A stretch of 64,000 bases of DNA from Spirochaetota bacterium. Its GTDB lineage: Bacteria > Spirochaetota > Leptospiria > Turneriellales > CBDBES01. The position numbers and the translations under genes are program-made. Location: the NCBI GenBank assembly GCA_965206985.1, contig CBDBLF010000011.1, positions 271,730 through 335,729 on the forward strand, given 5' to 3'. Below are positions 48,163-59,435 of the stretch, piece by piece. Positions within the stretch are counted from its first letter, which is position 1; each line of letters starts with the position of its first letter. The notes under the pieces are model-generated. The model was given only the letters and a program-made list of their open reading frames with translations, made no database searches and was not told the origin of the DNA.

Positions 48163-49904
48163 TCTTAATGCAAATACTCTCTCTAAAACAATATCTTGCT
48201 GACAATCCTTTTTTTAGCGGTAAATCTTTATTTTTGGTAACCTAAGGAGCTTGTGCGGGAACTAGGATTTTTCTTGCTTTTCTGTGTTCTTCTTTGATTA
48301 TGTCTTATTATGAAACGATTTATGAAAAGTGATAGAGATCAAGTTATGCTTTTTTCGCATACTATAGCAGATAATTTAGAAGAAAATCACGAGGTTTATG
48401 CCTTTGCTGCCTTGTTAGATAAAATTCCTATGAAACCATTTCTTTCTAAGTACTCAAAAGAAGGGGGTCGGGCTTACCATCCGGTTATAATGCTGGGATG
48501 CCTTTTTTATGGCTTTCATCGTGGATGGAGAAGCAGCAGAGAATTACAAAAAGCCTGTGAAGAGAACGACGCCATGCGTTATTTAGTTGGTGGTCATAAA
48601 GTAAAGTTTCGGTCTATTGCTGAATTCCGTGTTAATTTTGGTAAAGAAATTGGCGAAGTTTTTAATTACTCTGTATCTTTGCTATCCCACAAAAAGAAAA
48701 ATATTGGTACTGATGTTTAAGGTAGATGGAACTAAAATCAAAGCCAGTGCTGCTGACGATCAAACATACAAAAAGTCAGATTTAGAGGAACGTAAAAGAG
48801 CTATACAGCAAGAGATCTTAGAGTATCTACGCTCAGGTAGAGAATTAGATATTGAGGAAGATAAACTATATGGTAAAGACAACAGTGGCTATGAGCTTAA
48901 TCCTGAAGAGGTAGATACGATCATTGAGGAGTTTATTCGCTTACAAAAAGCGAGTGAAAAGGCAAAGAGAGAGTCATTAAAAACAGCAGAAGGAAAGCAA
49001 AGTGAACCAGCCGAGTTTTCTACATCTGTTGAAAAAGATTCTTCAGAAACTATAGAAGGTACACAGGATATAGAAGCTCTAAAAACAGGAGAAAAAGAAG
49101 TTGAGGTCTTTTTAGAAGATACAACTAATTCTCATGCTAACGAGCCAGAATTATTGATAAATGAAGACCAGGCTGCAGAAGATAATGATTCTGTTATGCT
49201 TAGGAAAGCTCAAAAGTATGTTACGATCAGTAAAAGTCTGGAAGAGAATCAAGAGTCTGCTTCTGATTCTAAAATAAATCTTACTGATCCAGATGCTAAA
49301 TTCATGAAACGGAATGGTAAAATTTCTCAAAGCTACAACATTCAAGTTACCTCATCAGAAGGCTATATTTTGGCAGCTGACATTGCTGAAGCTAATTCAG
49401 AAAATGATTTAGAGCAATTAGCTCCTACCCTTTCTAAAGCTGAGTCAAACACAGGGACCAGTATACAGACAGCTTCTGCAGATTCGGGTTACTTTCATTC
49501 AAGTGGTTTGGAATACCTGGATTCAAAAGGGATCAATGGTTTTATACCTTCACCTGATCAGGTAGCCAAAGAAAGAAAAGGAGAAGAGGATTCAGGTTAT
49601 GAAGCTCATCAGTTTAAATATGACGAGGATGATGATTCTTGGGTTTGCCCCGAGGGTAAAACCTTAGAATTTCATAATGAATCTGTGAAAGATAAAAAGA
49701 AATATACTCATTATCATGGTAAACCTCCTGACTGTGTCATTTGCCCTGCCAGAGAACAATGTTGTACGAGCGAAGAAGAGTTACGCAGAGGTTATCGCAA
49801 ATTGTCAGTAGACTCTGGTTTTGCTTTAAAACATGAAATGATCAAGAAGATGAATTCAGAAGAAGCAAAGTGGTTTAACCCCCTAAAACTGGACAGTCTT
49901 TTTC

Positions 49905-50678
49905 TTATTCTTTTAGATATTTCTCCTCATATTTTTGAGGTGTCACCCATCCTAAAGCTGAATGTGGCTTCATCGTATTATAAAGATGGATAAACCTGAA
50001 GATACTTTTTTGAGCTTCTTCAAAGTTTTGATATTCTGATAAATTAATTTCTTTATATTTAATTGTTTTATTCAATGATTCGGCATGAGCGTTTTCATAC
50101 ACATTACCACGACACATGGAAATATTGATTCTACTTTCTTCTAATAGAGCGATATACTCATTTGAGCAATATCTGACGTCAGCATCAGTATGATGGTAGT
50201 AATTTTGTAAATCTCCTATTTCTCTTTTAAGCGAAAGAAAGGCTGCTATGACCAGTTGGGTGTTATTTTTATCAGAAATGGCCGCTCCTACGATACGGCG
50301 ACTCATAAGCCTCATGAGCAAAGCTAAATAGTGGTCTTTCGAATTAATATCAAAATAGGTTATATCGCCAACAATTACCTTGAAGGGATCAGCTTGCACA
50401 CTTTTAATCAAATTGGGATATTTTCTGAAATTATGCTTAGATTGGGTAGTTTTTGGCTTCAAAAACACCTTTTTAGTGCATAAAAGTCTATTTTCTTTCA
50501 TAATTCGGTAAACTCGCTTCTTATTTATTGTAAAGCCTCTATCTTTTAGAATTTGCGTCATCGAGATATAACCTACTTGGTTCAATTGATCACTAATTTC
50601 ATGGATAGATTTTAGAATCGTTGAATCATCTTTCTTCTCCTTCGACTTATAATAATAAGTTGACTTTTCTAGTTTCAT
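49905..50678 (-). CDS. IS3 OrfB (rve integrase domain)
   Basis: NKKRVYRIM, GDITY, HHTD, ENAHAESLNKTIK, YN..KPHSALG. Confidence 0.9.
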   Translation of the reverse strand: MKLEKSTYYYKSKEKKDDSTILKSIHEISDQLNQVGYISMTQILKDRGFTINKKRVYRIMKENRLLCTKKVFLKPKTTQSKHNFRKYPNLIKSVQADPFKVIVGDITYFDINSKDHYLALLMRLMSRRIVGAAISDKNNTQLVIAAFLSLKREIGDLQNYYHHTDADVRYCSNEYIALLEESRINISMCRGNVYENAHAESLNKTIKYKEINLSEYQNFEEAQKSIFRFIHLYNTMKPHSALGWVTPQKYEEKYLKE

Positions 50679-51025
50679 AACTCTGCAACTCCTTGTGATC
50701 CCAAATTCTGTGCTGAGGCTATTCTTGATAATTTCTCTTTTTGCCTGTATTCTTGAAGAAGTTTTTCCGTTTTTTTTAAAATCTGATTTTCTATCATTAA
50801 GTCAGATAAGGCCGATTCTAAATAGGAAATTTTTTTTCTCAATTCTAACTCAACCCCATTTTTATCTTCAAAGCCTTCGGAAACCAGCTGTCGCTTCCAT
50901 CTCGATAAAGTTGCGACTGAAATCATCTCTCTCTTAGATATTTCTGCCGTGCTAGTCTGACCTGAAATCATCTCCAAAGCCAATCTCTCTTTTGCTTCCT
51001 TACTGTATCTTTGTCTTTTAATCAT
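50675..51025 (-). CDS. IS3 OrfA (HTH)
   Basis: RQRYSKEAK..TLSRWK..ENQILKK; ATGA overlap with orfB; GGAGG RBS before 51025. Confidence 0.88.
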   Translation of the reverse strand: MIKRQRYSKEAKERLALEMISGQTSTAEISKREMISVATLSRWKRQLVSEGFEDKNGVELELRKKISYLESALSDLMIENQILKKTEKLLQEYRQKEKLSRIASAQNLGSQGVAEL

Positions 51026-51435
51026 AGTTTTACCTCCTAAATTTAACACAATAAAGTGTCCAGTTTTAGGGGGTTAAACCAAAGGTCTTTCTATAAAAAG
51101 CGAGGTTCTGAAATTGAACCCATTTTTGGAATTTTGAAACAAGCCAAAAAGTTCAGAGAATTCTTGCTCAGAGGCAGTAAAAAGGTTCAAATAGAGGTAA
51201 AAATCGCAGCTACAGCATTTAATTTTGGCAAAATGGTACGAGAACAACTTGCATAAACTATAAATTCCTTGACATATTTGAAAAATGAGACTGACGCAGC
51301 AAATATCTCATAAAATGCACTGAAAAATCCTAGTTCCTGCACAAGCTCCTCTATGCTATATGGTTTCTATAATGTTTTTATAAAACGAGATTGACATCTC
51401 GGAGTTATGCTACATCCTAGTCGTAGGGGAAATTT

Positions 51436-52179
51436 ATGGTTATTACCAAGGTGAATTCCTGTCATACTGCATTTCTAGTTTTATTTATTTTTTTCTCTAT
51501 TTTTTTTTGTTCTGACCCGCCTGCAGGTGCCACCGGTGAGTTAGCAGAAAAGCTTACTCTTAGACTTTATAAATCAACAAATATTGAATCATGGAGAGAG
51601 ACCGCAGCGATTTCTTTTTCGTGGATAGGTACTGGTGAGCGTCATTACCTATGGGATAAGAGTCGGAAATTGGTTGAAGTTCGCTGGGATGATCTTGTTG
51701 TTCAGTATGCACAAAGGCAACCTTATCAAGGAATTGTCTTCGTAAAAAAGAAGCAAGTTAAAGAGTTAAAAAAAGTGAAGGAGTATATCAATAAGGCACT
51801 CAAATATTTTGTTAACGATGCCTTTTGGTTGAACCCTGTTTTTCACATAGATTCTCCTGGCGCCCAAAAATATAGTGTATCGCATAATGAACTCCTAATC
51901 CATTTTAGTCGGGGCGGTGTCACTCCTGGCGACTCCTATCTCTTCAAATTAAGCAAAAATGGCCTAGTGAAAGAAATGAAAATGTGGGTTTCTATTCTAC
52001 CCATCAAGGGAATGTCTGTTCAATTTTTAAATTATATTACGTCAAAAACAGGTGTGACACTTGCATTGGATCACAAATTACTATTTTTTAACATCAAGAT
52101 TAAAAACATGGTGATGTATGATGAATACCCCCTTGAGAGTAGCGGTGATACATTTAACGCTTCCCTTTTGACATTCTAG
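51436..52179 (+). CDS. Hypothetical lipoprotein
   Basis: FSIFFC lipobox-like; FVNDAFWL, GGVTPGDSY. Confidence 0.7.
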   Translation: MVITKVNSCHTAFLVLFIFFSIFFCSDPPAGATGELAEKLTLRLYKSTNIESWRETAAISFSWIGTGERHYLWDKSRKLVEVRWDDLVVQYAQRQPYQGIVFVKKKQVKELKKVKEYINKALKYFVNDAFWLNPVFHIDSPGAQKYSVSHNELLIHFSRGGVTPGDSYLFKLSKNGLVKEMKMWVSILPIKGMSVQFLNYITSKTGVTLALDHKLLFFNIKIKNMVMYDEYPLESSGDTFNASLLTF

Positions 52180-52198
52180 CAGCCTTCCTGACCAATGT

Positions 52199-52918
52199 AT
52201 GAGTGAGCCAATCAAACCAGCAGAGCAAATAAAAGATAAAAAATGCATCTTTAACCGGAAGGGAAATTGGCAGAATCTTGGTTTATCAGTAGGTGGTCAC
52301 CCTATTATTTATAAACATTTACCATCAAACAGAAATGCTACTCGTGTTCTTTTATTAGGTGGAGTACACGGTAATGAAACGGAGGGCGTCCGGTTCATGC
52401 ATGATTTTTGTTTTGAGTTTATAGATGCCAATGTAACGTCTCCTTTTAATGAAGAGATTTTAGCGATACCTGTTGTCAACCCCGATGGCTTTCTAAATTA
52501 CGAAAGAAAAAATGCTAATGGTGTTGACCTCAACCGTAATATGCCAACAAAGGATTGGAGCAAAGAATACTCTGAAGAAAAATATTTTCCTGGTAAAAAG
52601 CCAAATAGTGAACCAGAAAGTCAGCAGGTCGTAAATATAATAGAGAAATATCAACCACGCTGCATTATTTCTTTTCACTCGTGGAAACCCATGATTAATT
52701 ATAATGGCCCAGCTCTTGACCATGCAGAAAAGATAGCGGCTGATTTAGATATGGTTATTACTGACGATATTGGTTATCCAACCCCTGGTTCGCTGGGTAC
52801 CTACGCAGGCCATGAGAGAAAAATACCAACCATTACTCTGGAGTTTGAAAGAGGAACTCCTCTTCAAGAAGTTTATCCTCTGGCAAAGAAGGGAGTTTTG
52901 AAATTATTTAATTTCTGA
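52199..52918 (+). CDS. M14 zinc carboxypeptidase (MpaA-like)
   Basis: GGVHGNE, NPDG, NANGVDLNRN, SFH, GYPTPGSLG. Confidence 0.88.
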   Translation: MSEPIKPAEQIKDKKCIFNRKGNWQNLGLSVGGHPIIYKHLPSNRNATRVLLLGGVHGNETEGVRFMHDFCFEFIDANVTSPFNEEILAIPVVNPDGFLNYERKNANGVDLNRNMPTKDWSKEYSEEKYFPGKKPNSEPESQQVVNIIEKYQPRCIISFHSWKPMINYNGPALDHAEKIAADLDMVITDDIGYPTPGSLGTYAGHERKIPTITLEFERGTPLQEVYPLAKKGVLKLFNF

Positions 52919-53074
52919 AAGTCTAGTTTTGATATAATTTTTTTTGGTAAAATGTTCTTCAAAAAATCAATTGAATAGACTTTCTTTAGTTAGATTTTTT
53001 TAGCAATGCTGAATAGTTCTGTTTCTATAAGGTTTGTTTGATTATCGCTTGACTCAAATAGAGACATCATAAGC

Positions 53075-53125
53075 CGATGCTTTTAGTATCACTTTAACCT
53101 AAAAAAACAACCCTAAAAACTAGCT
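53075..53125. repeat. Dispersed ~50-bp intergenic repeat, copy 2 (inverted)
   Basis: Near reverse complement of 3661-3710. Confidence 0.75.
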
Positions 53126-53246
53126 CTTTTGTTAAAGAGTTCATTCGAAGCACTGAAGAATACATTTGAAAAAGAATAAAAAGTCATTGACCTTTTATTC
53201 TTTTTATAGGGAGCATGTCGCTGTAGTTTGATTATGGCTTCAGGAG

Positions 53247-53711
53247 GTGTATATGATGATTAATAAAAAACTTAGAAAAGTAAAAAGTGGCTTTACTTTA
53301 ATTGAAATACTCATCGTCTTAGGTGTTATTGGTGTACTCATTGGCATACTGTTTGGATCTTTAGGTGAAAATAAGCGAACAATTGATGAAGATACAGTAA
53401 AAATCAAGATGCAATCTGCTCGTTTTCAAATTGAAGCTGCGATTCAGAGGTTTCAAAACCATTTTGGTCGTTTCCCCACCACGGATGAAGGCCTCTTTGT
53501 TTTACTAGAACCTTCTCCAGAAACTCAAGATAGATACCCAGACCGGCCTTTCGTGGGAAGTAAAAACTCTTTGCTTGATCCATGGAACCAGATATACCAA
53601 TATAAGCTTGATGAAGATACTGGGCAATATCAAGTTTTTACTTTCGGTTCCGATCGCAAAGAGGGGGGTGATGGGCCAGCGAGAGATCGCAATCTTGCAA
53701 ATATCAAATAA
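53247..53711 (+). CDS. gspG: Type II secretion major pseudopilin
   Basis: GFTLIE, FPTTDEGL, DPW..Y.Y, G.D..EGG.G. Confidence 0.88.
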   Translation: MYMMINKKLRKVKSGFTLIEILIVLGVIGVLIGILFGSLGENKRTIDEDTVKIKMQSARFQIEAAIQRFQNHFGRFPTTDEGLFVLLEPSPETQDRYPDRPFVGSKNSLLDPWNQIYQYKLDEDTGQYQVFTFGSDRKEGGDGPARDRNLANIK

Positions 53712-54339
53712 ATTCTTGAAAGGTTTTACCCTCATTGAGGTCATGATTGTTATGGTCTTGATAGGGGCTGGCATGACCACGTTATATCAGCTTTTAAAAG
53801 CCGTTTGGGCGAAGAACCTCGCCGGTGGCACGCCTCTACAGGTTGATCAATTTTTTCGATTTGGTAGAGAACGTGCTCTCCAAGAAGGCAGAATCGTCAC
53901 AATGGAAATTGATCTAGAAAAGAGACAGACAGGCCTCAGGTTATATAATCCTCTCTTGGAAGACGCTCAAGACCGGGGTATTGACTCATTAGCTCAGCAA
54001 AGTGCTTCAAACTCTTTTCGTCGCAGTCGAATTATCGAAAATACAGAAGAACGCGAAGAAGAGCTTGCTGAAGAAAAAGAAGCTCCAAAGGAAGAGTGGA
54101 TTCTACGACCAACCTCATTGCCGTCTGATTTGAAAAAAATATATTCCACTGGTGGTATCGAATTGGTTGGTCCTAAGATATTTATTCACTTCTACCCTAA
54201 TTCGACTTCAGATAGTCTAATCTTTCAATTCGACCGAAAAGAAAGAGCATACCTTTTTCTATCTCGCTACAATATACCTATAACTTTTTTGGATAACTTA
54301 GAAACAATTGATCACTATATTGAAGGGATTAAGAAATAA
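53695..54339 (+). CDS. Minor pseudopilin (GspH-like)
   Basis: GFTLIEV; TTG at 53695 is the likely start. Confidence 0.75.
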   Translation: MQISNKFLKGFTLIEVMIVMVLIGAGMTTLYQLLKAVWAKNLAGGTPLQVDQFFRFGRERALQEGRIVTMEIDLEKRQTGLRLYNPLLEDAQDRGIDSLAQQSASNSFRRSRIIENTEEREEELAEEKEAPKEEWILRPTSLPSDLKKIYSTGGIELVGPKIFIHFYPNSTSDSLIFQFDRKERAYLFLSRYNIPITFLDNLETIDHYIEGIKK

Positions 54340-54811
54340 ATTGAAATTTAGAAAAGAAGATGAAGGGTTCACTCTCATTGAAGTCATGATGGCAATGGGC
54401 TTGTTTGGAGTTATTTTTGGTAGCATTGGTTACCTATTAATTACAGCCATTGATGCCAGACGAGATGCTGTGATTCTGAATCAATCTGCTTTAATTGCCA
54501 GAAAATATATGGATAAGATACAACGGTTGTTGAAAGAAGAGTCAAAAGAAGGCGAAGTCGCAAACTTTCCTAATTATCGCTATCGTTATGAGATTGAAGA
54601 AGAAGAACAAGATATTTTTAAGAATGATCTGCTCCAAGATAATGACGAGCTTAAAGAAAAGATTGCTAACTCAATCTCTGGTAGCGACCCAAATGCTCAA
54701 AACAAAGATTCGGTAACGGCTGGTATTATTAATACGTTACATTATCAAGTGACGATTAGTCATAAATCTGGCATCGACTATAGTCTCGATTATTACCGAA
54801 TTCTTCAATGA
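54308..54811 (+). CDS. Minor pseudopilin (GspI-like)
   Basis: GFTLIEV; gene order. Confidence 0.75.
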   Translation: MITILKGLRNKLKFRKEDEGFTLIEVMMAMGLFGVIFGSIGYLLITAIDARRDAVILNQSALIARKYMDKIQRLLKEESKEGEVANFPNYRYRYEIEEEEQDIFKNDLLQDNDELKEKIANSISGSDPNAQNKDSVTAGIINTLHYQVTISHKSGIDYSLDYYRILQ

Positions 54812-55455
54812 AAATTATTGTAATTTCTAAAAGACGGGGTTTTACTCTTGTTGAAATCGCCATTGTAATGTCTTTGGTTGGTTTTTTATTTTTCATGATG
54901 TTTGGCACCTACGCTAGCATACAAAGCCTGATACGAAATCAAAGTAATTCAGCCCAAAAAAGCAACCAGGCACTCCACGTTATTGCTATGATTACAAATG
55001 ACCTAAGCAATCTATATTTTGAACCATGGAATATCAATAGTTATTTTGTTGGTTCTAACAATATTATTGCTGGAGGTGCTGAAATTGAAACACTTAGTTT
55101 TATATCAAAATCTGAATATGCTAATTCTTCTACAATGCAGACAAAAGTATTCGGCATAAAATATTTTGGGCAACATGATGAAAACACAGGTAAAACTTAT
55201 CTTATTCGCCAAGAAGATCCCTTTGCTAAGTCTGAGGATTCTAATGAGGGAATTCCCATACCTATACTAAGTAATGTCACATATTTACAATTTAGATATT
55301 CCAGAAACGGTAGGAATTGGAAGGATGACTGGAGTTCCAAAACTATTCGTCGAGCACCCAGCTTTATAGAAGCTCATCTAAAATGGATGGAAGGAGAAGG
55401 GGAGGTAGAAAGAGATGAGGTAATTTTAGTGCGCCCTTATTCTATTTACCGTTAG
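54808..55455 (+). CDS. Minor pseudopilin (GspJ-like)
   Basis: GFTLVEI, LIRQED, LQFRY....WKDDW. Confidence 0.8.
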   Translation: MKIIVISKRRGFTLVEIAIVMSLVGFLFFMMFGTYASIQSLIRNQSNSAQKSNQALHVIAMITNDLSNLYFEPWNINSYFVGSNNIIAGGAEIETLSFISKSEYANSSTMQTKVFGIKYFGQHDENTGKTYLIRQEDPFAKSEDSNEGIPIPILSNVTYLQFRYSRNGRNWKDDWSSKTIRRAPSFIEAHLKWMEGEGEVERDEVILVRPYSIYR

Positions 55456-55711
55456 TTTTTTAAGATAAGTTTACAGGTTGTTAGAAAATATTGATATCAG
55501 ACTTTCTTTTGATGAAGAGAATCTCAAAATTCAGTGGAGAGACGACCATAAATCAGTAGTCAATTTCACCTGTAGCATTGTAAATAAATTTTAAAATAGA
55601 TTGATTGTTTGATACAAGCTTTTAAAAGTGGCGAATTAGCGTTGTTTCGTTGGTATCCATTTGGTAGTCAATGAAAGTAATGCTTAATAAAAGATTAAGG
55701 AGTGGTGTTTA

Positions 55712-56188
55712 GTGATGAAAAAATATAAAAGTAAACTTTTTTTATTTTTGATGACTTTTTTCCTTGTTGTGTTTTCACCTGTTTTCGGGAAAAATCCAGA
55801 AATTAACAGAAACAAAGGAAAATATGCAATTAGTGGGTATGACCCAGTTGCTTACTTTACAAAGAAAAAGTCTCAATTAGGAAACAAAAAATATAAATAT
55901 AAATGGAAAAAAGCAAGCTGGCTTTTTGTTAGCAAAAATAATTTAGCTCTTTTTAAAAAGAACCCTAAAAAATATACTCCACAATATGGAGGCTATTGTG
56001 CGTTTGCAGTCAGCAGAGGTTTTTCGCAAGTCGTCTCTCCAAAAGATTCCTGGACAGTCTATAAAGGAAAGCTCTATCTAAACTATAATCGAAGAATTTA
56101 TAATAAGTGGACTTCACATAGAGATAATTACATAAAAAAAGCAAATAAAATTTGGCCCAGGTCACTTAAAAAAAATCCTCCTCACTAA
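55712..56188 (+). CDS. Secreted YHS-domain protein
   Basis: AISGYDPVAYF, PKKYTPQYGGYCAFAV, GKLYLNYN. Confidence 0.9.
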   Translation: MMKKYKSKLFLFLMTFFLVVFSPVFGKNPEINRNKGKYAISGYDPVAYFTKKKSQLGNKKYKYKWKKASWLFVSKNNLALFKKNPKKYTPQYGGYCAFAVSRGFSQVVSPKDSWTVYKGKLYLNYNRRIYNKWTSHRDNYIKKANKIWPRSLKKNPPH

Positions 56189-56230
56189 GCAAAGGGCTCA
56201 TCTCTGCATTTCTATTTGATAAGATAACTT

Positions 56231-56836
56231 GTGTTTACAGGTCTGGTTGAAGAGCTAGGAAAAGTTTTCCAGGTAGAGCCTAGAAACGAAGGCCTGGGTG
56301 TAATAGTGCAGGCATCTCTGAGTTTTTTGAGAGAGTTATCCGAGGGTGCCAGCGTTGCAATCAATGGTGCTTGCCAGACGGTTGAATGTATTGACAAAGA
56401 TACTTTTCAGGTGTTTTCTGTTCAAGAGACATTGAGGGTGACTAATTTTAACTGTATGCAAAAAGATGATTTTGTTAATCTCGAATTGCCTCTTAAATTA
56501 TCTGACCGCTTAGGAGGCCACATTGTTCAGGGCCACGTTGATACGGTGGCAGAGATAAGTCAAATATTAAAACAAACAAAATCATGGGATGTATCAATCG
56601 CTTACAAAGATCCAGGTATCCTCAAAAAATGCTCAATCGCTCTTGATGGCGTTAGTTTAACGGTGCATAAAATTACAAAATCAGGTTTCTCTGTTCAGAT
56701 TATACCAGAAACCTTAAAAAAAACAAATATAACCTCATGGAGAGAGGGCAAGAAAATAAATATAGAAATTGATTATCTTGTCAAAGCCGTTCAAAGTGCG
56801 TCGCAAAAGTTTAATTTTTGTCCTCACTTCCCATAA
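56231..56836 (+). CDS. ribE: Riboflavin synthase alpha chain
   Basis: MFTGLVEE, GGHIVQGHVD, DGVSLTV, IPET. Confidence 0.95.
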   Translation: MFTGLVEELGKVFQVEPRNEGLGVIVQASLSFLRELSEGASVAINGACQTVECIDKDTFQVFSVQETLRVTNFNCMQKDDFVNLELPLKLSDRLGGHIVQGHVDTVAEISQILKQTKSWDVSIAYKDPGILKKCSIALDGVSLTVHKITKSGFSVQIIPETLKKTNITSWREGKKINIEIDYLVKAVQSASQKFNFCPHFP

Positions 56837-56878
56837 GATGTATTATGTCTTTTTTAGATTAAAAATTCTTGATTTATC

Positions 56879-58474
56879 GTGAATTTATCCGAAAATCGCA
56901 GGTGGACAATAAATAATGAGAAAAAAATATTTGTCAGAGAGATAGATAGAAGTAAGAAAAAAGATAGAAGTAAGAAAAAAATGAAGCAGAAACAAATAGC
57001 TCAGCCAAGACTTGGGAATCATAAAGTCTTATTTATTACTGGATGGTTTTTCTTGGGAGTTTGCATCCTTTTTTCTTTGGCTTTTTTAAATAAAGGATTT
57101 TTCAAACAACCATTGCTAGAAAAAATTGATAACCTGAATCTATCCCAAGCCACAATTTTGACTTCTCAAGTCTTCCGTGATGACCCAAACCTATGTGTCA
57201 TCATCCTAGAAAATGATGAAGGACTAATTCGTGGCGGTATGTACAATGCCGCACGAATTAGCCACATAAAATATGATGAATTAATAGAACGCTACAAAAA
57301 AACGAAGAAAATTGTTGAAACGGATCATATAATTGTTTATGATACGCTGTTTCAAGAAAAGGCTTATCTTCACTTTAACGAATTAATAGGATTTTCCTCC
57401 TTTGCACATTTTGTGATAAATGCTGGTTGGGCGCATTGGTTCTCTTGGCTAATCTACTTGATCATAGGAATTTTTCTATCAGAAATTTTATTTAATAATT
57501 TTGGAGAAAATAAGAAAGAAAACCATCGGCTCATAATTAATAACGATTCAGACAAAATAAAGACAAACCTCTATGCCAAAGTAAGTAAACGAAATATTTG
57601 GAATATACAAAAAAATCATCCAAAAGGCGTTCAAATGTTTGAGGAAAAAATTAAACTTGTGTTAAACCAATTTTCTAAAATAGTGATTTGTCCAGAGATT
57701 ACTTTTTTCTTATATGAAGATGAGAATTGGCAACCTTATATCCAAAAACATGGCTCTATTTTTGTCAAAGGTAATTTTCCTATTCCAAAAATAATTAACT
57801 CGGCAGAAAAAAATGCGAACACCCTAGAAACTCACCCCTCTTCAATGATGCTAACTGTAGGCACTAAAAAAGATATCCTAGGTTTATTTTTCTTTGACTT
57901 CCATAAAAGCTATTTTTTAAGTGCTGAAGAAAAACATGCAACTCTGCAGTTAGTCTCAAGCTCGGCAAACTCCCTGTTGATACAACGAAACTTTGAGAAA
58001 TCCACAATAGATGAGGAGACATCTTTTTATGTATTGCCTTATTTTTTAATGGAACTAAATAATAAAATTAAGAATAGAGCCCCCTTCACAACACTGGTTT
58101 TTGAGGTGCTCAATTTGCATAATGTTACCGCAAATACTCTCAAGAGATGGGGACACGAAGTCATTTATAAAGTTCAAATTGAATTAGATAAGAACTCCCT
58201 TAAAAACAAAGAATTGATTGCTGCACGAATTAGTCAAGAACGATTTGCTTTCATTGTAGAAGCAGACAACAAGGTCCAGACCTTGCTGTCAAGAGTTGCT
58301 GAAGAAATTGAAATGTTTTCTAATCGTTCAGGAGAAAATATTATACAAGTATGTAGTTGTGTGGTACCAAGTATGCAGAGATTTAACAGTGCAGAAGGTT
58401 ATTTAAAAACTTTAGAGCAATTTATTTTGATTGCAAAGAAATCAAAGGAACAAAAAATTGGTCAGGTTGCTTGA
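56879..58474 (+). CDS. Membrane protein with GAF-like and degenerate GGDEF-like domains
   Basis: TM segments; IDEETSFY...ARISQERF in place of D.LTGL...RxGGDEF. Confidence 0.6.
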   Translation: MNLSENRRWTINNEKKIFVREIDRSKKKDRSKKKMKQKQIAQPRLGNHKVLFITGWFFLGVCILFSLAFLNKGFFKQPLLEKIDNLNLSQATILTSQVFRDDPNLCVIILENDEGLIRGGMYNAARISHIKYDELIERYKKTKKIVETDHIIVYDTLFQEKAYLHFNELIGFSSFAHFVINAGWAHWFSWLIYLIIGIFLSEILFNNFGENKKENHRLIINNDSDKIKTNLYAKVSKRNIWNIQKNHPKGVQMFEEKIKLVLNQFSKIVICPEITFFLYEDENWQPYIQKHGSIFVKGNFPIPKIINSAEKNANTLETHPSSMMLTVGTKKDILGLFFFDFHKSYFLSAEEKHATLQLVSSSANSLLIQRNFEKSTIDEETSFYVLPYFLMELNNKIKNRAPFTTLVFEVLNLHNVTANTLKRWGHEVIYKVQIELDKNSLKNKELIAARISQERFAFIVEADNKVQTLLSRVAEEIEMFSNRSGENIIQVCSCVVPSMQRFNSAEGYLKTLEQFILIAKKSKEQKIGQVA

Positions 58475-59433
58475 TGCGAACGATGGTTAAATACGGTATC
58501 CCATTTTTATTGTGCCTTTCTTTAATCTTTCAATTATCGTGCCAGACAATCAATAATCTAATTGACAATTGGTATACTGAAGATCTTATCCCTGAATCGT
58601 TCACCCTTCCTTTCGAACCAAATATTATCAGTCACGAAAAATCATCGTATTTTGGAAGGTTCCCCGCTCAAGAATCAATCGCAATCGAAATATCACAATT
58701 AGGTGTTCAACTCCACGCTGCTCGTTTTAAAAGTATTAAATTGGCGATTGCAGCATTTCTTGAAACAAAAGATGTGGGTTCTCAGCCTATGTCCCTGAAA
58801 AAAAATTATTGGGCATACATTGATAAGAATGAACAAGCAGCGAGTATGTGGCGGGACCGCTCAGTCTACCTGATAAAGAGCTCTACTTCTAAAGATAAAG
58901 AGTTTTACACTAAATTTTTTGAAAAAATTACCCACGAGCTACCGGCAAGAAATAAAAGACCGCCTCAATTTAGAATTTTTTTGCATCCCAAAACAGATAT
59001 TACAGGTTTGCGTTATTTTTGGAAAGAATCAACTTCAGATAATAAATCCATAAAACAAAACTCAATACTTACCCATTATTTTTATGCACCATGGAAATTA
59101 AGCACAGGATCGGCAACTTTGGGTATTCGTCCGTTTCCTACTTTATTGTCAGCAAAGCATTTTTTTTATCGCTTGGTAGCACCTGGGCATTTGCGTTTTC
59201 TTACTCAATGGAATACCCAAACTTCCGGAAATAAAGAATTTTCGATTGACTCAAAGCAAAAAGTCAAGGTTAGTGTAGAAAAAGATGTTTCATATCCTGT
59301 GGTTATTGGAAACCGAGGAATACATCACGACTATTTTATAATTTACAACAATAATGTTATTTTACTCACTGGTGAAGTGCCCGAAAAGGTGGCACGAGAA
59401 ATTATCAGTAATGTATTTAGCTACCTTGATTAA
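58471..59433 (+). CDS. Hypothetical lipoprotein
   Basis: LIFQLSC lipobox-like. Confidence 0.65.
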   Translation: MMRTMVKYGIPFLLCLSLIFQLSCQTINNLIDNWYTEDLIPESFTLPFEPNIISHEKSSYFGRFPAQESIAIEISQLGVQLHAARFKSIKLAIAAFLETKDVGSQPMSLKKNYWAYIDKNEQAASMWRDRSVYLIKSSTSKDKEFYTKFFEKITHELPARNKRPPQFRIFLHPKTDITGLRYFWKESTSDNKSIKQNSILTHYFYAPWKLSTGSATLGIRPFPTLLSAKHFFYRLVAPGHLRFLTQWNTQTSGNKEFSIDSKQKVKVSVEKDVSYPVVIGNRGIHHDYFIIYNNNVILLTGEVPEKVAREIISNVFSYLD

Positions 59434-59435
59434 TT

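Larger units (their letters stand above)
49871..51081 (-). mobile_element. IS3-family element (1211 bp)
   Basis: TG...CA ends, TIR TGGTTTAACCCCCTAAAACTGGACA, 3-bp TSD AAG. Confidence 0.92.
48310..51256 (+). pseudogene. IS1182-family transposase (frameshift near 48717, IS3 insertion at 49871)
   Basis: GRAYHP, SSRELQKAC, VDGTKIKA, TDPDA, ADSGY, CPEG, EPIFG..K..FREFLLRG. Confidence 0.88.
48245..51350 (+). mobile_element. IS1182-family element, interrupted by IS3
   Basis: TIR AGGAGCTTGTGC(G/A)GGAACTAGGATTTTTC at both ends; flanked by CTA on both sides. Confidence 0.88.

Noticed and set aside
53247..55455. Novel pilus system
   Set aside because: Ordinary gspG-J pseudopilin order; other T2SS genes are probably elsewhere in the genome
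55505..55595. DEENLKIQWRDDHKS fragment resembling a DUF971-like motif
   Set aside because: Too short and has no start; cannot be supported by eye
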